Source: Mayamaea pseudoterrestris
Taxonomy: Eukaryota
Direction of reading: 5' to 3'
DNA length: 64,000 bases
NCBI GenBank assembly: GCA_027923505.1
Contig: BROI01000038.1
Location: 124,001 to 188,000, forward strand
Shown here one piece after another: positions 54,501 to 64,000 of this stretch. Positions within the stretch are counted from its first letter, which is position 1. Each line of letters opens with the position of its first letter. The position numbers were made by a program, and so were the translations under genes. The notes under the pieces were generated by a model, which searched no databases, was not told the origin of the DNA, and worked only from the letters and a program-made list of their open reading frames with translations.

Positions 54501-57500
54501 TCGAGTGATTTGCGGACTCCACCATCACCTGGCCTGCCTCCCGAATCTCGACAAGGCGATGGAACAAATGGAGAAGGAACATATGACAGTTGCTACCACC
54601 CGAAAGTTTTGGTAATAATTGCCAACGATGGAGTGCTAGCTGCGCACTTTGAGCGTGCAAATTTTCCACATCACTCAACTTTCCTTCCGCCACGCAAAGA
54701 ATGGTTTCGGCAATCTTAACAATAGGGTCACCAGCTTCGATGCTGGCAAGCATGTCATTTGTTGCAAGTGAACGAACGCGAGTCCAGTCATTGTTCTTCC
54801 AAGATACCTCTAGCTCCAGGTAACTGTTTGATCCCTTTGCAATTTCTTTCACCGTGTCCACTTGCTCAAGATCACGCTGTAACTCCGACCAACGCTCTTG
54901 CCAAAAATCGACTTCAAAATCACTCACGTCAACGACATTATCCGAATCCACCAAGTCAACAAGGTCTTCGTACTGGCTGACAGCTTCCTTCACCATGCCA
55001 GCTACGTCCAGAGTTATCGCTCGGTTGCTGAGCGGGTGCCGGCAGGATAGCCTAGCAAGAGCAAGACTTATTGCGTGTTCTCCTAAAAGGTGATAGCAGT
55101 GTCGAATAGCCTGCAGTGACGTCACTCCTGCAGCTTTTAAAGGATCTGGTCGCTCTATCAGATCTAGAACTTCATGCCACGCATTGTAGTTTTCGGCGAG
55201 GTAGACCAAGAAGGTATCGCTGAACACAGGCGCTGGTCGCAAAGAGCTAATGACTTTTAAAAACGAGCGAACTGTGTTTTGCGTCGAGCCAACATTGATG
55301 TCGTCCTTCAAAAATTGCGCAGGAGTCGCCCGCGACAGCAATTCTTCCAGCTGGGTCTGTATTAGAATTCGACAGCCGTCTCCTGGTAGCGCGCTCCACG
55401 CGGATCGTAATAGCTGCTCCAACAGAGTTTGGCAGACCACGGCGTTGCCATGAGATAGTAGACTGAGCGCTGATACATCAGCATTGTCTTCAATGAGATC
55501 TAGCAGCCCGTCAACAAAAATCACGCCCCAGAAACGTCCAGTTATTGCCTCGTAATTGCTTTGCATGAGTTTCGAAAGGCGATGCAGTAAACTCTTTCCA
55601 GATGTGCCGGTGTCGAAGTATGACCGAAACGATTGTTCTCGGGCAGTCAAATCTGGATTGAGCAAGCAAAACATCACTGACTTGTTGAATGAGACAATGT
55701 CGATGCCTCGTAGCTGCTCAACGAAGTGAGCCACAAAATCCACAAAGCGTTGGGCTTTCAAGTCAGGTAAGCTGACGGAGCCATTGCATATCCGCGATAA
55801 AAAGCTGCTGCGCTCGTGCGCCGTCAAGGGAATTGTATCATGGAGCAACCAAAAGCATATCATTCGACCTGCTGCAACTAGTAAATCCACGTTGTCCGTC
55901 GTGTCGAAAATTGACGCGACTAATTGAAGAAGATCCTTGCGTGCGTGAGAGAACGTGAATACAAGGTAGTCAGTGGCTGTTTGAAATGTGTCCAGTATCA
56001 GCAATAACGCCAGCTCATCTTTGGAACGCGTTTTACTTGGATGCATCGTCGCCTGTAGACACGCAGCCTGTGTAATACCCATCGTCGGACTATGATAGTC
56101 GTAATGGATAGAGTATGAAGCCTGCCGCTGTTTGCCCAAAGAATCCACAAGGTGGGTCGCCACACTGAGCAACGTTCCTGCGACTATTCCTATTCGATCA
56201 CCGCGACGTCGACAGAGTGCCAGAACAAGCTCAAGGTAAAAAGACAATGGCAAATCGCTCATTTCCTGTTCGCGCCCGCGACCTGTTGGACGACCAGGAG
56301 GAAGCGTTTTTTTGCTGACAAGTACAGTTTGAAGAATGGCGTCAACTGAGACGAGAATCGCTTTTGCAAGAGGTTGCGCATCAGCACGAATAGAAACAAG
56401 CCTGCTGAATTGTTCTTGCATTCGATTATCGTCTTTCGTAACCGCTAAACCTTTGCCAAGAAGCTCACAGATAGTTACATTATGGGTAACAAAAAACCTT
56501 TCCTGGCCGGTATCGGCTAAAATGCAAATAACCTCAATGGCAGCAGAAAGTAATCCGGGGTGTTTTTGTGACTCCCGCATCGCTTTTTCGAAGGGCTGAA
56601 TATGAACGTCAATTTCTTTCGTCGCATCTGAAAGGATTTTCGCTAAAAGTTTTGAGCATCTATCTACCAAAGAAGCACTTGTAGTGTTGTCGATCTTCTC
56701 CGAAACCAACATTTTCAAGCGCACAAGAAAGTTTACAAGCGAGCAAAGCATCTCATCGTTGCCCCAAGACAGCAGCAATTCAACCACCGAAATTGAAATT
56801 ACGCGATTCTGTAGATTCGGCGGTAAACCAAGTTTTGCTAGGGCATTAACCATATGGCTTGTGAGCTCCCCCTTCCGACTTTCGAACACTCCAGGGTTTC
56901 TAACAACCATGTGACACACATGAGCGATAAGAGGGGTAGAGCTTCCTTCTTCGAGCATTATTTTACTTGCTTGGTTGACTGACTGATTGTACAACTCACT
57001 GGGAAGGCTAACTCGAAGGGAGGGTAGTAGAGCATCAAGACTGAGGCGTACTAAATCACGTCCTTCTTGCTGACATGCTTTAAGCAATGAGCCATAAAGC
57101 TGTACCATGAGCTTTGCTTGTAGGCCGTATGCTTTGATAATATCGCAAATAACTAGGTGCGACCACCCCTTACATGTATAGTCGTCGCTCTTTAGTTGAC
57201 CCCAACAAAATTTGACTAATTGGTTGGAAAACAGTTCCAGCTTGGATTGCATATGGATGATTAGTATGTGGCAGACGATGAGAAGGGAGGCCCGAAGACG
57301 GTCGCCCGACGCATTCAGAAGAGCTTCTTTGACAAATTTCTGAACATCAAACAAATCACATTTTGCTTCCTCAGACGTCGCATATCTAAAATGTTCCTCA
57401 AGCAAAGGAATGAGAATGTAATCAGTACTGAGAACTTTTGTATCCTCGCTGCTCTCACCAGCAAGTAGCGCGAAGAATCGATGGACGACTTGTTTCTTCA

Positions 57501-60500
57501 GCTCAAAAGCGAGGGTGCGCACCAAGTGTTTAATGAAAGAGATGACAGATGCGCAGTCTTTCGTTGACGGAAGAAAGCTACCTCTGACTAGTTCAAAAAG
57601 TATATCAAGTCCTTCCTCTGGATACGACTTTGCGTAGCTCATCAGAAACGCCATTAAATAAGTTGTCTCTTTCTGATATCGGGGAGAAATGAATTGCTCA
57701 TGCTGCATTCGAAGCAGCCGCCCACGACTCCGCCAAAGCCACCGAAATGCGCGGACAATATCACCATGCTCCATGAAGTATGACTGATCATGTTCGGCAA
57801 GAATTTCAACTAGACGTAGCCCGATAATTTGACTCTCCTGCGACAATGTATCCATGTGCTTCAAAGCAGCCACGCCTTCCCTTTCCGATGTGGGCCTAGT
57901 GCCTATTCCGTGGACATACAAAGAGTCTTTTGTTGCCGGGCTTTCCGCGTTCTTATCTTGTCGTACAATGGCAAGCGGCCGTTCGAAACAAATGTTTAGC
58001 AGCATGATGGAACACTGCTTGTCACCCAGGTGCGTTCGCACAGCTTCCAACTCATTCATTTGAAGAAGCTGCAAAAAGAGTTCAGAGTACGTGGGCGTTT
58101 TTAGCCTAGGGAAAAAGAATCCGACGGTCTGATGAACATGTCGATTCAGATATTTCGCAAGCGGGCGTCGGAAGGGCGAGGTAACGAATGAAACCTTGTA
58201 TACAGGTAGTGTCGCTTCGAGCCTGATGCAAGTCTTTACAAGTGGATCAACAAAATGCGATGCTGACGGAAGCAATGAGAATATATCAACAACTGCCGCA
58301 GCAACCATAATTGCTTCGCCACCTTTCCAAGTCTCTAGACCAATAATCCCAACCGGATCTGTCCATTTCTGCAAGTGATCAAGAAGCTTGTCGCCGAGTG
58401 TTCTGTTAAACCAGTTGGATAGCAGCGAGAGTAGCCTCTTTAGTCCACGGAGTAAAGGTACTGTTAGCCTGGTGTGCTCGCGAAGGTTAAGAAGCACAGG
58501 CCTTATGCAAGTTTGCAATAATTCTTTCGGGAGACGCGTTTGTGACTTGACCGACACATCGCCAGCTGTCGTCGACAAACTTAAGCTTAATACATCCACC
58601 AAGGCAAAATGGGCTGCAGAGACTGTCTTCGCTGGCCAACATACAAGCGAGCGGAAAAACAAACTGATGACATGCGGTCTGATGTTACCTAAATAGGGCG
58701 TTCGCTTTGGTCAGAAGCTTTTATATACTCCAATTCTTTGCATTTAAAGAACTTACCAACAGGAGTCGTCGAGTCAGCGTCGAAAAAAGCGTCGCTATAT
58801 ACTTTAATAACAGAATGAAGCAGTAATATGCCCGAGACCCGCATCTGGACGCCTGCTGGAAGCTCTTCGGGACAAACCATTCTCGCGTTTCCAACATTGA
58901 AGACACAGACACGACGAAGGAAAACAGAAGACGCATGACTCGGATGTGACAGTGTTTTCGGGTCAACTTGGCCGTTTGCTAGCGCGAATCCGTTTTTGTC
59001 AACGACGCAATCTAACAAGGCTTTATCGGACATTTCACCGTCAGCAACCGAAGACAACTTTAAGAGTTCAGACAAGAAGGACATGAAATGTTGGTCCTCG
59101 GTTAAGTTGAATGACGTCGGAAAAGATTTGACAAAGAAAGCGAGCCCTTCAATGATACCGACTTGGGCTGGCAGCGGTAGCAACCTTAAGGCTCGCGAAA
59201 AGAGAAGTCGTCGTATAAACGGCATATTTCTTTGGACAAGAGCATCAGCTTTCTCAGGTTGCAAGATTTTGACGATAAAATTCGTTAGAGCAAATCTCGC
59301 TGCGAACCTGCGGACCAAGCAGCATGAAAGTGAGTCGCGTTGTTTCGTCTACATGAAGAACAATTTTGAGTAATACATACCTCATGACTTGCTGCGACGT
59401 TGTTACTTCTGTCAAAAGCAACCGAAACACTTCATCATTTGGAGAAACAATCTCGAATGCAGCCGTATCGTACACGGGGTGGTCGTCACCATGTTCCAGC
59501 GACAAAACATCCCACACACAAAATTCTTCAGAACTTTCTCGTCCAAGCCAAGGACTGCCGTATAAGTTCACACATACTCTGACGAAAAAGCGTAAGGACT
59601 CCACGACATCGCTCGTAATCTCACGAGGCACACTTTTTATTGTCACTGTGGCGGTATTTATAAGAATAAACTGCATGTCGCGACAATGCTCGGGACCAAG
59701 CTCGTCCATAACAGCGCATATCGCTCTCGTCAGCCCTCTGACACGAGTGGCTGAACAACACTCGCTGCATAGTAGCTCTAGGAGACACCCCGCTTCCAAT
59801 TTATCGCTCGCTGCCCATATCCTGGCTACATTCACCGCAACCTCCGTAGGCCTAGTCGACGTATATCCAGCAGCAAGAAACGTTGCAAGGCCTTCGTGTA
59901 GGGCGCGCTTGTTTTGGTGAACATAAAAAGCGTCGAGCAATGATGCAGCTTCTCGCGCCGTGCTAGCAATTGAAGAAGCGAAAAGGAGGCATTGACAAAC
60001 AACCAAATTCATATCGTAAACCATGCTAGAATGGTAGTCATTGTCCGCGTTGTCCATTGCAACGTCGCCATCGATTGCTTTTTTAACGACGACAAGGCAT
60101 GCCTCGGCTTGTTGCTCCAATGTCCTGTCGATTACCTTGTTGTTATACGACGCGTGATCCATGGTAAATTGTCTTGCAGCGTCACCGCAACGGACTTGGA
60201 GCATATCGACATCATCAGCAACACCCTGTTCTGCAGGTACAAGCTCTTCGTTGCGCGATGCCAATGTTTTGAGCATCTCCATGCACAGCCGCAGCGATAA
60301 CCTCAACGATATCCCACTAGCTGCAGGGTGCCCTGACCATACGCAATTGAATGCGACAGTCGGAGTGTCATCTTGGTGTTCATAAAGCCTTTGAGGAAGC
60401 GGCTCACGAAGAAACTCGCGGTTCTTGCCCCCTAGTTTCCCGAGAAGACGTAGCGTGAGCAACCCATAGGGATATGGAGCTGGCCGCAGATGGCGCGACA

Positions 60501-63394
60501 GCGACTGCATTAATGAAGCGAAGAGCTTCTTCTGCTTCGTTATCTCGGGGTAAAGGAATTGAGGATTTAGATTATCAACCCAAAACTCGAGCGTCCTCAG
60601 TCTAAAAAGTAAGGCAGCACAGGATATGAGACAAATGTTGAACAAATGCATTCACTCGTTCATCAATTACGCACCCGAGATTTACTAGATCGCCCGAGTT
60701 GGAATCCAAAGCGGGTATAATGACTCTGACGAGTAAATTCAAGTGGGGAAGTAGGCTCGACAATCGTGCTGGAATAGTCAGACACAACTCTACGGCAGTA
60801 TTTCTCACCATCTCGTCATGTGAAACACTTATGCGATAAAGTCCATTCAAGACAGTCGGTAACAATGGAAGCAAATCTCTATATGATTCTTCAAATTTTC
60901 CAGCCGAAATTGACCGAAATATGTATCGAAGGAGCATGCAGTAGTTGTCGGGCCAAACACAAGTCTGCTCCATCGACGATTTAAAGCAAACAAAGACAAT
61001 TTTTCGTAAATGCTTGCGGACCACCCCTTCATTATCTGAGAACGCCGCAAGTGATTTCAAAATACGTTCAAATAACTGCAGTAACGTTGTACCAACGCGC
61101 TTCTTGTGCTCGAGGCTTTCAAAGGGACGCTGCCCAAGCTCGTGCAAAGTCGAAGTCACTGCGAGGGCCTCGGTTTCAAGGTCATCACCGTCACAATTAA
61201 AGAAAACAACACCATCGTCCCGAGGCGAGGCAAGCTCATCCATGCGAGTTACAAGTAGTTCAAGCAAAAGGCCACAAAATTCTAAACTCGTCGTCGCATT
61301 CGATCCGAGCAGATGCCTTACAAATACCATCACAACGGAATCGTCGACAAGCGCATCAATCATCAAATTCAACCGCCGTCCAAGAATTCGTGCTAGATAG
61401 AAACCATCCAAGCCAATAAAGGTTGCGGCAAAGTAGGTTAAAGCCTCGCGATGATGCTCCGCTCGAGCCTTGTCTTCCTTAACTAACGACGACCCTGGAC
61501 CGTCTTCCTTTAACAGCCGAATGGCAGGAAACGCAGCAAGTATATATTCATCAATGAGCGCCATTTCTGTTTGTGTTATCCGTTGTAAAGCTGAATACAC
61601 TTCCTCATTGGAGCCTTGCGGATGAGGCTTGTCATCCTTTGCCCTTTGATCCCGATACGTGTGAATGTACTGGATCAAACTCTTGTTGCCAACAATGATT
61701 GCGCGCACCATAATCTGCACATCGCGCACCGTATCCGTCGGAGCTTTCGAGAGCGGGTCGGGTTCCATATCTCGCCGTGATTTCGTCAAATCGCTACCAT
61801 ACAAACGCTCGGCTTCTGCTCGCTGCTTCTCTGCCTCAAATACGCATGGAAAACATCGATTGAGTGCCTTTAACTTATCCGTCAGCGTACTAAATATTCT
61901 CACTAGCAAATCTCGTCCATGCTGCGGATTTGGATCCTTGTTATTGGTGATCACATCGCCCATGGTCAACAGCGTACGAACCGCCATATATTGTGTCGAC
62001 ATTGGTAGCACATTAGTCGAGTCGTGCAAAGCCCGAGCAAACATTAGTACAATTCGAGTCATTTGTGACATATTCAATGAGTTGCGTACATGCTGCACCA
62101 AATCGGAAAGCATGGTGAACCCCAGCGGCCGCAACAAGGCTTGGTCCGAGTACGACAAGCCCTTTCCAATCAGGACGCGCTCATCCAGCAATGCGTCAAT
62201 GTGTTTGAAAAAGCCTTTGCGAAAATCCGTGTTCAGCAAGTGTCGCGTCGCCACGAGCAACTCTTTTCGCGTTGCAATCGACTCTCGTGGGCAAGTGGTC
62301 ATTAACGTCACCACATTGGTCGCCAATTTCTCCTCGTATGGCTTGAGCTCATTGGAAAAGCTGCGGAGCAAGTATGTGACAAAGGATAGTGTCTTGGCCT
62401 GGGCAGCAACGAGCTCGCGGACACGAGAGTAGTAGGTGCGCTTGAGATTGGAGTCAGCCTCAACTTTTAAATTAGCCTGGATGATCTTATCCAAAGGAGG
62501 AGCTCGCAATGACAGCGCCTCCATCATGACGGATATCAGGACTGGAATATTCGTCTTGAGAAAGGCCGGCCAAAGTTGAAACATGAGCATGACAATGAGT
62601 GGGCTTTCCGTCAGCACGCGAAAGGACAAATTAGCCTTTAGTGCCAGTTTTTGTTGTGAACTAGAAGTAGATTGTGGTGATGTCGTCAACTCGGGGTCGG
62701 TTGAAATTGTTAACATTTCAGTGGCATCCGTGATGTCCATTGGAGTTGTTCCCTCTTTATCAGGACTAGCAGTTTCCTCGCTCGGTTGTAGGGGATTGTC
62801 GACTTCCATACTCGTATTCTTGTCATCCATGGACTGCGACAAAGCAGCTGAAGTATTCCTTGTCGAAGCTGAAGCAGCTTGCTGCAAAACGCTCTCCGTA
62901 AAGTTGCGCTGCACTGCCATTGGCAAGGATCGATACGCGCTCGCTACAAAGTCCAAGTATGGCTGCACATAATCCTGCGGCAATGAGCGATAGGCCTTGT
63001 GCAAGTCAAATATAACTCTCGACGCCAATAGTGCATTCTCTTCATAGTCTCTATTCAAAACGTCAATGCAGAGTGCGACGCAATGGGGAGCGTGCGGGCG
63101 CAGAATGGAATTGGTTGGCATTTTGCTAATGATATCCAGAATCAAATGACGTAACTTGTGTTCAATGCTGTTCGTATCTGCACTGGGAGTCGTTCTCTGC
63201 GTCAAGACGCTACTAAAAGCAGGAAGTAGCGCTGCAAGCATGAGCGGAAATTCGTTGGTGTAAACAATTTGGATCCGCTCGCGAAGCTCAGTGGCGGCTC
63301 GGAACGATTCATTCAAGTCGGTAGACAGCAGCTTCTGGCGAATTGGTTCCCAATTCATGGTGCTTGACGTGGTTTGTATGGAAGGTAATGACAT
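51580..63394 (-). CDS. TRRAP: TRRAP/Tra1 PIKK pseudokinase; introns 60674-60602, 59380-59308, 58756-58689
   Basis: SFRVLTESPLIVMLMFQ, AAQAKTLSFVTY, RKELLVATRH, ELCLTIPARLSSLLPHL, GLRTLEFWVDNL, RLLGKLGGKNR, FAT region, degenerate kinase (PFRLT) and FATC end LCKMQGSFQAWL; GT-AG introns join four ORFs in frame. Confidence 0.95.
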
Positions 63395-63646
63395 GCTGAT
63401 GTACTTGGTATCGCTCTTGCTCTTAGTCCGGTTGTCGATATTGCCGATCGAAAATGTGATGAGCTCATGGTCGCAGCATCAAAGGTGCGACACCAAGTGA
63501 CACAGTTCGTTTTTAGAATCGTACCGGTTATGAGATGAAGACGGACAGACGCCACTGCGCGTCCAACCAAGTGCGAGTTGTTCACTGTTCTTTCGCAGCT
63601 TGATTTCCACCAGATATAAATCAAAAGGTTAACAACTAGTTCAACA

Positions 63647-64000
63647 ATGGCCGGCGGCAGTAGCAAGCCAACCAAGCGAGAACGCAAATTCAAGGCGACT
63701 GGCGGCATTGAACGTCGCCTCAAAAAGGGATCCGTCACGAAAAAGGGAAAGCTTCGAAAGCGCAAGCCACTCTCCACCGACAAGGATGCTTCCAACAAAA
63801 AGGAGCCTGTCGTTGAGCAACGCGATCGATCGGATGACTTGACGGCCAATGATAATTTAGGAAGTTTGGATCTAGATAGCTTTTTCGCGCAGTTTGCCGA
63901 AAAAGTGGAGCAGGGACAGGTGCTTGGTGATGACGAAGCGAGTGAGAATGACGATGCGATTGACGGCAAAGGCATTGATGCCAATGCTAGTGATGCTGAC
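63647..64000 (+). CDS. 5' part of a basic/acidic nucleolar protein, Noc2-like (runs off the window)
   Basis: Open frame from ATG 63647: MAGGSSKPTKRERKFKATGGIERRLKKG...LDLDSFFAQF followed by an acidic tract. Confidence 0.55.
   Translation, partial: MAGGSSKPTKRERKFKATGGIERRLKKGSVTKKGKLRKRKPLSTDKDASNKKEPVVEQRDRSDDLTANDNLGSLDLDSFFAQFAEKVEQGQVLGDDEASENDDAIDGKGIDANASDAD

Noticed and set aside
63355..63984. 209-aa minus-strand ORF and other long antisense ORFs over real genes
   Set aside because: Antisense shadows of the coding strand with no recognisable motifs.

Overview
Gene-dense eukaryotic DNA with short GT-AG introns and bipartite 'ASAF'-type plastid presequences, most consistent with a diatom nuclear genome. 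Left part: a 4-exon 1,3-beta-glucan synthase, then a ~19.7 kb repeat island (7350-27020) bounded by long inverted repeats. The island contains a Ty1/copia (CoDi-like) LTR retrotransposon with a chromodomain-like insert, a small ~172-bp repeat family, and an ~11.6 kb array of ~68 copies of a 169-bp satellite with higher-order duplications. Right part: compact genes (HAD phosphatase, ZNF706-like, MAP65, cupin, putative thylakoid-lumen protein, betaine lipid synthase BTA1, a three-domain lipid-modifying enzyme, bestrophin, mTERF, RPL27a, DEAD-box helicase, TRRAP/Tra1, start of a Noc2-like gene). The best candidates for new biology are (i) the head-to-head pair BTA1 + uncharacterised Mpo1-like/dioxygenase-like/PEMT-like fusion sharing a GAATC-rich promoter, a candidate for the DGTS-to-DGTA step, (ii) the inverted-repeat-bounded satellite element, and (iii) a 42-bp TGACG-carrying minisatellite upstream of the bestrophin. 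Some junctions and frameshifts look like long-read consensus artefacts. All family assignments come from motif recognition by eye, not database searches.
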